A DNA stretch of 64,000 nucleotides from an uncultured Clostridia bacterium (GCA_934157205.1 CAKPHJ010000005.1:52-64051); one strand, 5' to 3'; positions 1-9,082 are shown, numbered from the stretch's first letter. A program made the numbers and translations. Notes: generated by a model from the letters alone, not told the origin.

Positions 1-3000
1 TACCTTTGCTGGCTTTTTTCAACAATTTCACTGCATAATTTTTTTGACTTCCAAATGGATAATCTAACGTCACTCCTGCTTCTTCCATTACTTTATCCAT
101 ATCTATATGGCATTCTTCTTTTATATCTGCTAATGTCTTGTAAATTATTTTACGATTTTCTCGTCTTATATATGTAATTTCATTCAACTCTACCCCTTGT
201 TTTGCTAGTGCTTCACATACTCTTACAAATGTTGCCATTGCACTTTCTTTTTCTCTCTCATTAATCTCATTATCTAATTCAATATAGTCTCTTAATACAC
301 CCTCAACTTCAAATGGGTTAAATTCATATTTACTTTTTCTTGTTTTTGTAATTGGAGGAAAGTCTATGTCCCATAAATCGATTTCGCTTGCTAGATTAAT
401 AATTTCTTGTATTCTATTTTTTTCTTCATCATCTAATTGTGGATATTCATCAAATCCATCTAAATATTTACTATATTTACTTTGTATTTTTCTTAATACT
501 GCATAATAATGTTGTTCTTGTTTATTTGAACTATCTCTATTTGGAAGCATTCCATCATGTTCATTTATCCAATCTGTTATAATTATTAAAGCTTCTAAAT
601 CATCTATTGGTTCACTATTTTCAAATTCTTTTTCTATTTTAACTGTTAAAGTATTATTGGCTAAGTCCATTACTACTGGTCTTTTATCATCTGGTAATGG
701 GTTATCTTCATCTAGAGCATATATGACTCTTCCTATTTGTTGTAAATATAAAATTCTAGAATTTTCATCTAATGCTCTAAACCAAATAATTCCATCTACT
801 CCTTCTATATGTAGTCCTTCATTTGCTTTGTTCATTACAACCATAAATTTAGTTTCTTCTGAATTATCTGATTCGAATGCCTCTAATTCTTCTTTGTTTT
901 TATCTTTACTATAACTTCCAAGTAATGAATGTAATTGTGGTACAATATCTGTTCCATCAAATACTTTACTCAGATATTCTTGATATGCCTGTATTTTATC
1001 TTCACCTGTTTTTGTTCCAATTCTGTTTCCATCTTCATCTTCAATTTCGCCTTGATCTGTTACAGGAATAAATACAATATATTTTCCACCTTTTTTTACG
1101 TTCTGCCTTAATATTTCCTCTTTTCCAATTCCACTATCAAGATTTTTTCTGGCTTCTTCTTCAAGCTGTTTTCTTGCTTCTTCTCCTATTTCGGCATCTA
1201 TTTCTCTATTTATTTTTTGTCTTAATTCATTATATTTTTTAAATTCTTCTGCTCTTTTAGATTCATCTTCAATATCATCAATTTTTGCTCTTAATTCATC
1301 CATTTTACCTAATGAAATCAAATCATATTTACAATAAACAAGTTTTGGGTTTACAACATATCCCATTCTTATTGCATTTTCTAATGTCATATTAGATGCT
1401 AGATGTTTTCTTTGCTTTACTTCTTCATCTGTATATCCTAATTTTTTAGCTGTTTCATCTGCCATGTCTCTTCCATCAACATCCCTTACAGGTGTAGCTG
1501 TTATTCCCAATACTTTTACATCTTCATTTTGATTATCTAATAATCCATCAATTTTTCCTTCCCATTCTTTAGCCCCTGTTCTATGCAATTCGTCTAATAC
1601 AATCATTCCATATTGTTCTTTTATTACTTCTTGTCCTCTTTTGGCAAGTAATCCTGAATATGTTTCAAATGTTATATTAGGAAATATTTCTGCAATTATT
1701 TCATCTTCTGTTTTTCCAACTGTATCTTGTTTTCCATGTATATATTTTATAATATATTTTTTAATCTGATTTAAAATTTCATCTTGTGGTGCTAAATACA
1801 GCATTTTTTCATTTGGGTGTTCTTTTACATATTTTTGCATTTGCGCTAAGGCAACAAAACTCTTTCCAGCCCCTGTAGGTAAAATTACTTGTGCAAATTT
1901 ATGGTCTTCAAATATTTTATTTACATTATCATAAGCTCTTTGTTGATAATCTTTCAATCGTATTTCTGTATTTTCTACATCATAATATCCTAAAAATCTT
2001 TCAACCAATTCTATATTAATATTGTTTTGTAATACATCTTTTCTTGTGTTTAATAATTGTTCTAAATTACCTTTTTCATATTCTTCATAAAATCCTTGCC
2101 TTGTAGCAATATTCAATAAAATTGTCGGTATTTGTTTGGTATCAACTCCTGATCGTTTTAAATTTTCATATATGTCTACACAATTTTTATCTTGTAATCT
2201 TTTGATTAGTTCATTTCTTTCGTAAATTTTAAATTCTTCTATTCCTATTTGAGTCCAATCATATTGTGATATTATTGCTTCTGCATAATATCTTGATTTA
2301 TCTATTTGTTTATTTTCTTTTGTATTTCCATATACTTTGCTTATAATTCCTTGAACATCTGAAAATCCACCATTTTTTAAAATATTTTCAAGTTCTTCTG
2401 ATGATAGTTTTTTTATTTCGTCTGCTAATATTTGTTCATCTTTTGATAAATTTAAATTAACAGACTCACTTAATTTAACTCCTTTTCCACTTTTTCTTGA
2501 TATTATTTCTGGTTCTATTCTAAATCCATTTTCTTTTATATATTCTATCGTTTCATTAAATTTAGAATCATTCCCTAATATTTGTTTTAAACATTCTGAT
2601 AGTTTTATTGCATTTTGTCTTGCTTTGCTTAAATAAAACATATTTTTTACAATAGAATTTGCTTTACCATATTCAACTGTTCCATCTGTTAATTCATAAA
2701 TTTCCTCTATTGATACATTATCTTTTAGTCCAAAATCAATTTCTGATATTTCAGGAATTTCTTTACCTTTTTGTACTGCATCTAATAACGCTCTTTTGAT
2801 TTCTTCTACTTTACTTTTATCGATTCCATCTATTTGTTGTATTAAAGCAAATAAATCAATTACCTCTTTTTGAACTTCAATTATTTCATTTTGTTTTATT
2901 TCTCCATAATGTATTATTTCTGTAGATGAAAATGCATTTCCTATTGTTTCTCTTAATTTCGAATTTGAAGAATGTGGTATTACATGTTTTAAAATTTCTT

Positions 3001-3691
3001 CATTTTCTAATACTGCAAGTTTTGCATATACTTTATTTACTTCTAATAATTGTTCTTCATTTAGAGCTTGATAACTACTAATTCTTGATTTTGGTGAACT
3101 GTATTTAATACCTTTTCTTAGATGTGCTTTACTTGGGTTTACTTCTTCTTTTTTAGCAGTATATCTTTTGGTAATTATTTCTTGTAATTGCTTTATTTCA
3201 CTGGCCTTGTCTATGTTTGAAAATATATCTAATATTTTACTTTTTAATTCTTCTGGTAGTTCTTCTAATGCTTGTTCTATTCTAGCATATAATTCTTGTA
3301 GCATATATTGTCCTGCTTCAACTGTTTGTTCTCCAAATTCTTTTTTGGGAATTTTTATCATTACATATGTATCTTTATATGAACCTCTTCCATAATTTAT
3401 AGTAATGTTAGCGTTACTTGCCAAAGATATGCAATTTGTATCTTTTCTATAATGTATTTTTATATGATCATATATTTCTTCAAGTGTTAATTTTGAATTT
3501 TCTGTATATTTTGTTTTTCCTTCATATCTTTCTCTATCTGTTCTAATTTGCTCTATTTTTCCATTTGAAGACATAGTTATTCCTTGTTCAATGTCTCTAT
3601 TATCTGCCATATTTAATGCTCTAAAGAAATAATAATTTTCTTCATCACTAATTATATTAAATTTTTCTATGTCTAAAATTTCTTTATTCAT
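1..3691 (-). CDS. SF2 (DExH/DEAD-box type) helicase family protein, 3' end cut by the window edge, with a long uncharacterised N-terminal region
   Basis: Absent from the supplied ORF track because it has no stop inside the window. The minus-strand frame is open from ATG 3691-3689 (GGGAG RBS ~3697-3703) down to position 2, at least 1230 codons. Hand translation gives MNKEILDIEKFNIISDEENYYFFRALN..., Walker A ILPTGAGKSF (~1865-1895), motif II VLDELHRTGA (~1585-1615), motif III ITATP, and a second RecA-like lobe (FMVVMNKANEGLHIEGVDGIIWFRAL...QQIGR). Confidence 0.8.
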   Translation of the reverse strand, partial: MNKEILDIEKFNIISDEENYYFFRALNMADNRDIEQGITMSSNGKIEQIRTDRERYEGKTKYTENSKLTLEEIYDHIKIHYRKDTNCISLASNANITINYGRGSYKDTYVMIKIPKKEFGEQTVEAGQYMLQELYARIEQALEELPEELKSKILDIFSNIDKASEIKQLQEIITKRYTAKKEEVNPSKAHLRKGIKYSSPKSRISSYQALNEEQLLEVNKVYAKLAVLENEEILKHVIPHSSNSKLRETIGNAFSSTEIIHYGEIKQNEIIEVQKEVIDLFALIQQIDGIDKSKVEEIKRALLDAVQKGKEIPEISEIDFGLKDNVSIEEIYELTDGTVEYGKANSIVKNMFYLSKARQNAIKLSECLKQILGNDSKFNETIEYIKENGFRIEPEIISRKSGKGVKLSESVNLNLSKDEQILADEIKKLSSEELENILKNGGFSDVQGIISKVYGNTKENKQIDKSRYYAEAIISQYDWTQIGIEEFKIYERNELIKRLQDKNCVDIYENLKRSGVDTKQIPTILLNIATRQGFYEEYEKGNLEQLLNTRKDVLQNNINIELVERFLGYYDVENTEIRLKDYQQRAYDNVNKIFEDHKFAQVILPTGAGKSFVALAQMQKYVKEHPNEKMLYLAPQDEILNQIKKYIIKYIHGKQDTVGKTEDEIIAEIFPNITFETYSGLLAKRGQEVIKEQYGMIVLDELHRTGAKEWEGKIDGLLDNQNEDVKVLGITATPVRDVDGRDMADETAKKLGYTDEEVKQRKHLASNMTLENAIRMGYVVNPKLVYCKYDLISLGKMDELRAKIDDIEDESKRAEEFKKYNELRQKINREIDAEIGEEARKQLEEEARKNLDSGIGKEEILRQNVKKGGKYIVFIPVTDQGEIEDEDGNRIGTKTGEDKIQAYQEYLSKVFDGTDIVPQLHSLLGSYSKDKNKEELEAFESDNSEETKFMVVMNKANEGLHIEGVDGIIWFRALDENSRILYLQQIGRVIYALDEDNPLPDDKRPVVMDLANNTLTVKIEKEFENSEPIDDLEALIIITDWINEHDGMLPNRDSSNKQEQHYYAVLRKIQSKYSKYLDGFDEYPQLDDEEKNRIQEIINLASEIDLWDIDFPPITKTRKSKYEFNPFEVEGVLRDYIELDNEINEREKESAMATFVRVCEALAKQGVELNEITYIRRENRKIIYKTLADIKEECHIDMDKVMEEAGVTLDYPFGSQKNYAVKLLKKASKG

Positions 3692-3883
3692 TATTTATCT
3701 CCCTAAAATACAAACGTTCTTTCTTTATAATTACTCGTTTATTTTATCATTTTTATGAGTGATTGTAAATATATTTACTAACAGTTCAAAAATCTACTAA
3801 CAGTTCAGAAATTTTCCGTAATCATTGATTTTTTAAAATGGATATGATAAAATTCATACATAAATTAAGAAAGAGGACTAAAA

Positions 3884-4366
3884 ATGCAAAGTTTACCACT
3901 TATATTAAAATATTTATTTACATTAATACTTGGTGCAACTCCTATTATTGAGCTAAGGTATGCTGCTATAATTGCACAATATGCTTTTGGTTTAACACCA
4001 CTTCAAGCTTTTATTTGTGGTTTAATAGGAAATATTATTCCTGTATATTTTATTGTTAAATATATAAGACCATTGTTTGATTTTTTTGGTAGATGGAAAT
4101 TTTTCAAAAAAATTATAGACTGGGCTTCTGAAAAAGCAACCAAAAAAATTGCTGAAAGTGAAAAATTGCAAAACTATACTGCTCTAGGATTATTTCTTTT
4201 TGTAGCAGTTCCTATTCCAACTACTGGTGCATGGGTTGGATCTTTAATTGCTAATTTTTTAGACATGCCACCAAAAAAAGCTGTACCTCCAATTATTTTA
4301 GGTGTTATAGTTGCTGGGTGTATTACAGTTGCTGCTAATGGTGGAATTCAATATTTATTTAGCTAA
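3884..4366 (+). CDS. Small multidrug-export-like membrane protein (COG2426 / Sm_multidrug_ex family)
   Basis: 160-aa ORF with 4 predicted TM segments. Motifs GATPIIELRYAAIIA and PTTGAWVGSLIANFL are typical of this family. AGAGGA-type RBS upstream. Confidence 0.65.
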   Translation: MQSLPLILKYLFTLILGATPIIELRYAAIIAQYAFGLTPLQAFICGLIGNIIPVYFIVKYIRPLFDFFGRWKFFKKIIDWASEKATKKIAESEKLQNYTALGLFLFVAVPIPTTGAWVGSLIANFLDMPPKKAVPPIILGVIVAGCITVAANGGIQYLFS

Positions 4367-4375
4367 ATTTTTCAC

Positions 4376-4446
4376 ACCATAAAAGCTACAACCATTAGCC
4401 CTTTGAGTTTTCTTCTTTTTGTCGAAAACTCAAATTAAGCAAGAAT
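4376..4446 (-). repeat. Intergenic repeat family copy A (core hairpin TTTGAGTTTTC-N11-GAAAACTCAAA, 4402-4434), inverted relative to copies C and D
   Basis: The reverse complement aligns with 50735-50800 and 56660-56715 (AATTTGAGTTTTCGAC[A/T]AAAAG[G/A]AGAAAA[C/T]TC.AA.GG......TGTAGCTTTTAT). Confidence 0.7.
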
Positions 4447-4494
4447 AAAAGCGGACATTAATAATAAGTACTAATATTATTAATGTCCGCTTTT
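4447..4494. terminator. Bidirectional intrinsic terminator between convergent genes
   Basis: ~20-bp stem AAAAGCGGACATTAATAATA / TATTATTAATGTCCGCTTTT, with an A-run on one side and a T-run on the other. It lies between the 3' ends of 3884..4366 (+) and 4534..5358 (-). Confidence 0.75.
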
Positions 4495-4533
4495 ATTCTA
4501 TGCTAGGAAAATTCTACGTTGGTATTTAAAATT

Positions 4534-5358
4534 TTATTTTGCCTCATTTAAAATTCTTTCAGTTCTTTTTAAATCTCTTTGTTTTCTTCTTTTTGCAATT
4601 ATTTTATAATCTACATAATCTTCAACAATAATTCTTATAACTGCAATTGCTGGAACAGCTAAAAACATACCCAATATTCCAAAATATGCCCCACCTACTG
4701 TTATTGCAAAAATTACAAGTAATGGGCTTATTCTCAATGATTGTCCTATTATTTTAGGGTTAATTATATTTGCGTCTATTTGTTGTAATAAAATTGTTAT
4801 AATTAGCATCCATATTGCTTGGTTTATTCCTCCTGTAATTATTGTTATTATTGCTGATAATCCAACTGCTATAATAGCTCCTATATATGGAATCATATTA
4901 AATAGTCCTATAAAGAATCCTAATAATGGTGCATATTTTACTTTCATTATTGATAATGCTATTGTAACTAAAATTCCAACAATAACTGCGTCTAAAAATT
5001 GACTTGCTATAAATTTAAAAAATATTTCGTTTGAATTATTAAAATATTTTCCAACATTTTTATATGTTTTTTCTTTAAAAATTGCTTCTGCTAATTTTCT
5101 AGCAAATTTAAATATTGTATCTCTACCTGATAATATATAAATGGAAACAATGACTGCTACAAATACATTAAATATACTTGTTACAGCATTTATTGCTCCT
5201 GATATATAATCAAATATTTTTTCAATGCTTAAATACTGTTTTATATCTATTTGTTGTATTGTTTTCACAGCTTCATTTACTATTTGTACCTTTATTATTG
5301 AGTCTTCTGGTAAAGAATTATATTTTTGCATTATTTTTTCATAATATCCGTGGTACAT
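4534..5358 (-). CDS. AI-2E family transporter (PerM/YtvI-like), C-terminal part of a gene split by a +1 frame break
   Basis: 274-aa ORF with multiple TM segments and the family-typical ...FNMIPYIGAIIA...NPKIIGQSLRISPLLVIFA... It overlaps the N-terminal ORF 5339..5710 by 20 nt. Together they total ~395 aa, the normal family length. Confidence 0.8.
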   Translation of the reverse strand: MYHGYYEKIMQKYNSLPEDSIIKVQIVNEAVKTIQQIDIKQYLSIEKIFDYISGAINAVTSIFNVFVAVIVSIYILSGRDTIFKFARKLAEAIFKEKTYKNVGKYFNNSNEIFFKFIASQFLDAVIVGILVTIALSIMKVKYAPLLGFFIGLFNMIPYIGAIIAVGLSAIITIITGGINQAIWMLIITILLQQIDANIINPKIIGQSLRISPLLVIFAITVGGAYFGILGMFLAVPAIAVIRIIVEDYVDYKIIAKRRKQRDLKRTERILNEAK

Positions 5359-5710
5359 TATTTATTAAATCAACTATGCTTTCTAAAACAACTGGTAATA
5401 TAAAGTTTATTAAAATAATTATTAATAACATAATTATTAAATATACTGAAAATATACTTAATGATCTTGCTCTTTTTGAGAGAATTTTTAACTTTGATTT
5501 TTTATATGCTTCTTCTATTTTTTTACATGGCATATATATTAAATATGCAATAAATATTCCTGCAAAAAATGGTGTTATTATCTCAAAAAAAGTATTTAGA
5601 ACTCCCATAATACTTGAAAAATTATCTAATGCTTTATATACAATTATTGTTGCTACCATAAGTGAAAACCAGTATATCCACTTTTTTCCATGGTTTTTTA
5701 TTTCATTCAT
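5339..5710 (-). CDS. AI-2E family transporter, N-terminal part (ends ...NNVP-CGG-ATA-TTA-TGA)
   Basis: 123-aa ORF with 2-3 TM segments. It terminates 3 codons after an in-frame CGG (5350-5348). The +1 frame continues GGA TAT TAT GAA... into 4534..5358. Confidence 0.75.
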   Translation of the reverse strand: MNEIKNHGKKWIYWFSLMVATIIVYKALDNFSSIMGVLNTFFEIITPFFAGIFIAYLIYMPCKKIEEAYKKSKLKILSKRARSLSIFSVYLIIMLLIIILINFILPVVLESIVDLINNVPRIL

Positions 5711-5729
5711 TTTATCATCTTCTTTCTAT

Positions 5730-6482
5730 TTAAAATATTTCTAATCCTATTGGGCAATGGTCACTACCTAAAATTTCATTATATATTGTTGCATTTTTTA
5801 TTTCATTTTTTATTTTATCAGATACTATAAAATAGTCAATTCTCCAACCAACATTTTTTTCTCTTGCTTTTCCCATATATGACCACCATGTATATGATTC
5901 CGTTTTTTCTGGATATAAATATCTAAAAGTGTCTGTAAATCCTGCATTTAATAGTTGTGTCATTTTGTTTCTTTCTTCATCTGTAAATCCCGCATTTTTA
6001 TGATTTGTTTTGGGATTTTTTAAATCGATTTCCTCATGTGCAACATTTAAGTCTCCACACATTATTACTGGCTTTTTTTTGTTTAATTTTGTTAAATATT
6101 TTCTTATTTCATCTTCCCATATTTGCCTATATTCTAATCTTTCAAGCTCCCTTTTTGAATTTGGAGTGTATATTGTAACTACATAATTTTTTTCAAATTC
6201 TAATGTTATTACTCTTCCCTCTTTGTCATGCTCGTCCATACCAATTCCATATTTAATGCTTATGGGTTCTTTTTTAGTAAATATTGCTGTTCCAGAGTAT
6301 CCTTTTCTTTCTGCACTATTCCAATAGCTTTTATACCCTTTAAATTCTAAGTTTATTTGTTCTGGTTGACATTTTGTTTCTTGAATGCAAAAAATGTCTG
6401 CATCAATATTTTCAAAAAAGTTTTTAAATCCTTTATTTACGCAAGCTCTTATTCCATTAACATTCCAAGATATAAGTTTCAT
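5730..6482 (-). CDS. xth: Exodeoxyribonuclease III
   Basis: 250 aa. MKLISWNVNGIRA...FCIQETKC...GDLNVAHEEIDL...WRIDYFIVS...SDHCPI are the canonical ExoIII/AP-endonuclease motifs. Confidence 0.93.
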   Translation of the reverse strand: MKLISWNVNGIRACVNKGFKNFFENIDADIFCIQETKCQPEQINLEFKGYKSYWNSAERKGYSGTAIFTKKEPISIKYGIGMDEHDKEGRVITLEFEKNYVVTIYTPNSKRELERLEYRQIWEDEIRKYLTKLNKKKPVIMCGDLNVAHEEIDLKNPKTNHKNAGFTDEERNKMTQLLNAGFTDTFRYLYPEKTESYTWWSYMGKAREKNVGWRIDYFIVSDKIKNEIKNATIYNEILGSDHCPIGLEIF

Positions 6483-6540
6483 TTTTTCCTCCTAAAACAA
6501 AGCAACAAAAGTTATTAATGTCCGCTTTTGTTCTATTATA

Positions 6541-6569
6541 TCAAAAAAAGAGTTACAACTGCAACTCTT
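6541..6569 (-). terminator. Intrinsic terminator downstream of the 3D-domain gene
   Basis: On the minus strand, stem AAGAGTT/AACTCTT (6548-6554/6563-6569) is followed by a T-run (complement of 6542-6548). Confidence 0.55.
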
Positions 6570-6575
6570 AATTTT

Positions 6576-7517
6576 TTATTGTACCACGCTAACTGGTAAA
6601 TATCTAACTCCCCATTGTAAAGCTTCTGCATGTGATCTAACAAATATATCAATTTTATTGCCATTTACTGCTCCGCCTCTATCTTCTACTGTATATGTGT
6701 GTCCACCAATGTTTAGTTTTGTTCCATAAGCGAATTTACTAGAAGCTGCAATTGTTCTGCCTGGTGTTGCTATTGTTCCAGATGATGTTCTTCCAGTTGC
6801 TTTTCCACAACATTTACTGCATGGGCAATATGCTGTAACTTTATATGTTGTTGCTCCTGTTTGTGATAGTGAAGATGTTATAGATGTTCTTGGTAATGAA
6901 CTACTTCTTGATGATGCAATTTTTTTAACTTGCACTATTTTGTTTACTGGTTCTTCTAAAACAACTTCAGATATAACTGTTTTTTCAATTTCTACTTCGT
7001 TTTGATATTTTACTTTGTATGTTATTTCTTTTATTCCGTCTTTTCCTTCTTGTAACACTTTGTTTGTTGTGTTTGATGTGTCTGATATAGTATTTTTTGT
7101 AATTGTTTCATATGGTATTGCTACTTGTTCTACTACTATTTTTTCTGTGATTGGTGCATAATTTTCTAGTAATTGGTTTAATGTTGTTTCTACACCTTCT
7201 TCAGATATTTTTGCTATTTGAACTTCGTTATATGTTTTGTCTGTGATTTTTATTGTTTGCCCTGCTGTTATTTCACTTTCAGAATCTGGTACTGTTTTTT
7301 GGTTTTCTTCTAAGATTATATTGTTTTCTTTTAATATTTCTGATACTTTTGTTTTTGATGTTAATACTGTCATTTCATATCCATTTTGTAGTTCTATTTT
7401 AACATCGTTTAAATTTGTTTTTACTGCCATAACTCCTATTCCTGAGATTAATATTAGGATAATAGTTATGCAGATTATTTTCATTATAGAAATTGAAGCT
7501 TTTTCTTCTTTTTTCAT
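6576..7517 (-). CDS. YabE-like cell-wall protein (N-terminal TM anchor, DUF348/G5-type region, C-terminal 3D domain)
   Basis: 313 aa. The C-terminus TAYCPCSKCCGKATGRTSSGT...TVEDRGGAVNGNKIDIFV is a typical 3D (MltA/RlpA-like) domain. The central EGKDGIKEITYKVKYQNEVE resembles a G5 domain. Confidence 0.8.
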   Translation of the reverse strand: MKKEEKASISIMKIICITIILILISGIGVMAVKTNLNDVKIELQNGYEMTVLTSKTKVSEILKENNIILEENQKTVPDSESEITAGQTIKITDKTYNEVQIAKISEEGVETTLNQLLENYAPITEKIVVEQVAIPYETITKNTISDTSNTTNKVLQEGKDGIKEITYKVKYQNEVEIEKTVISEVVLEEPVNKIVQVKKIASSRSSSLPRTSITSSLSQTGATTYKVTAYCPCSKCCGKATGRTSSGTIATPGRTIAASSKFAYGTKLNIGGHTYTVEDRGGAVNGNKIDIFVRSHAEALQWGVRYLPVSVVQ

Positions 7518-7706
7518 ATAAATAATTACCTCCTTTTTGGCAACAAAGTTATTATACTATTTTTTTTCTTTTTTGTCAAATTTTGAATAACTTCCCTATT
7601 GTCCTAGGCATACTTGTTTTTGCTCGATTGTATTTATTTTCCATATGTTTCAAACCTGTACTATTATTATATTCAATGTTTTTTAAATTATTACTAGATT
7701 ATGTTT

Positions 7707-7763
7707 AGAAAACATTGAAAATATAATTTTAAAATTCAATGAGAAATAGTGAATGAAAAAATT
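7707..7763 (+). repeat. Partial copy of the inner part of the 16.8-kb palindromic element
   Basis: AGAAAACATTGAAAATATAATTTTAAAATTCAATGAGAAATAGTGAATGAAAAAATTT matches 16820-16876 (AGAAAACATTGAACTATAATTTTTAAATTCAATGACGAATGTGAATGGAAAAATTTT). Confidence 0.6.
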
Positions 7764-7786
7764 TACTCCTCATTACTGTTTTTTAT

Positions 7787-7815
7787 TTGACATTAAAGTA
7801 AATATGTATTATAAT
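7787..7815 (+). promoter_or_regulatory. Consensus sigma-A-type promoter (TTGACA-17 nt-TATAAT)
   Basis: Perfect -35 TTGACA (7787-7792), a 17-nt spacer and a perfect -10 TATAAT (7810-7815). It lies ~160 nt upstream of the lipoprotein gene at 7976. Confidence 0.6.
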
Positions 7816-7975
7816 AAATTATGTAAATTTTTGATAGATGTACATATAATTCTATATTATGTACATACACAAAAAGAAAGGTGTGGTAAATTTTAAAAAT
7901 ACAAAAAAGGAAGTAATCCATCGTTTGTCTTTCTGGCACTTGTAGCCAGATTATAGAAAGGAAAAGGAAAACAAC

Positions 7976-8275
7976 ATGAAATTTATGAAAACACTGATTT
8001 GTTTAATTATTTCTGCACTATTGATTATTTTTCTATCGGCTTGTGACGAAACGGATTATTATTCCGAGACTGATCAAGACTCTAACATCATAACAGGTGC
8101 CGAGTATCGATTCATTAGAATCTCAAATTGGCCAAATTATGATATCGTGTATGATAAGAGAACGGGTATAGAATACATCCTTAGTCACACTCAAGATAGC
8201 TACATTTTTACAGAGTTGTTACACTCAGATGGTACCCCATATATTTATCCAAAATATGGGGAAAATGACAAGTAA
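7976..8275 (+). CDS. Small lipoprotein, DUF6440-like
   Basis: 99 aa. Signal peptide with lipobox LSAC. The core YDIVYDKRTGIEYIL...ELLHSDGTPYIY resembles the (I/V)VxDKxTGxxYL...DxDGKP pattern. Visibly more G+C than its neighbours. Confidence 0.55.
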   Translation: MKFMKTLICLIISALLIIFLSACDETDYYSETDQDSNIITGAEYRFIRISNWPNYDIVYDKRTGIEYILSHTQDSYIFTELLHSDGTPYIYPKYGENDK

Positions 8276-8388
8276 GTGTGATTTTGCCACACTCTACATA
8301 CTGTAATCGTTGAAATTGCAGTGAAAAATGGGGATAATATAAATCTGATATAAAAAATTATAACAGATTCTTGTACACCCCACGCTGA

Positions 8389-8429
8389 CACAGTATATAC
8401 TTCATAGAAAGTATATACTGTGTTTTTTT
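8389..8429 (+). terminator. Intrinsic terminator
   Basis: 13-bp stem CACAGTATATACT / AGTATATACTGTG followed by TTTTTTT. Confidence 0.75.
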
Positions 8430-8524
8430 ATAAATCCTGTTAATTTATTTAATTTTGTTGTATTAAAAACATTAATATGATATATTAAAATGTATATAAT
8501 ATATTAAGTAAGGAGGAAAAAAAT

Positions 8525-9082
8525 ATGGGATGGATTATATTAATAATTGTAGTTATTATTATATTAGCAATAATTGGTATGTACAACAGTTTAGTTCAAT
8601 CTAAAATAAAAGTAGACAATGCATGGAGTCAAATAGACGTACAATTGCAAAGAAGATTTGATTTAATACCAAATTTTGTTGAAACAGTTAAAGGTTATAT
8701 GAATCATGAAAAAGAAACATTTGAAAAAATAACTGAACTTAGAACTTCTTGGGCAAACACACAAAATATCTCTGAAAAAGCTGATATTGATAATCAATTA
8801 TCTACAGCTTTAAAAACAATTATGGCTGTTTCTGAAAATTATCCAGAATTAAAGGCAAATCAAAATTTTTCTGAATTATCTGAAGAATTAAGAAACACTG
8901 AAAATAAAATTTCATTTTCTAGACAATTTTATAATGATAGCGTTACTTTTTATAATACTAAATTACAAATGTTCCCTTCTAATATCATTGCTAACATGTT
9001 TAATTTCACACCAAGAGAGCTATTTAAAGCTGAAAGCGATGAAGCTAGAAAAAATATTAAAGTTGATTTTAACACAAAATAA
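8525..9082 (+). CDS. lemA: LemA family protein
   Basis: 185 aa. N-terminal TM segment, then NSLVQSKIKVDNAWSQIDVQLQRRFDLIPNFVETVKGY...RQFYNDSVTFYN, the typical LemA signature. AGGAGG RBS. Confidence 0.9.
   Translation: MGWIILIIVVIIILAIIGMYNSLVQSKIKVDNAWSQIDVQLQRRFDLIPNFVETVKGYMNHEKETFEKITELRTSWANTQNISEKADIDNQLSTALKTIMAVSENYPELKANQNFSELSEELRNTENKISFSRQFYNDSVTFYNTKLQMFPSNIIANMFNFTPRELFKAESDEARKNIKVDFNTK

Noticed and set aside
4420-4426. Interpreting the TGTCGAA / TTCGAC(A/T) core of the intergenic repeats as genuine Spo0A boxes.
   Set aside because: A 7-mer match in AT-rich DNA embedded in a hairpin stem or loop is weak evidence. It is kept only as a note inside the repeat-family finding.
5178-5744. 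The 188-aa plus-strand ORF overlapping the AI-2E transporter locus, considered as an alternative explanation of the split.
   Set aside because: It is antisense to both transporter fragments, which carry clear family motifs. It has no RBS and a low-complexity hydrophobic sequence.
7518-7786. A possible cyclic-di-AMP (ydaO-type) or other riboswitch in the long leader upstream of the 3D-domain cell-wall gene.
   Set aside because: I could not find the GC-rich conserved cores expected for ydaO or other common riboswitch classes. The region is almost pure AT with part of a repeat element. A covariance-model scan would be needed to revisit this.
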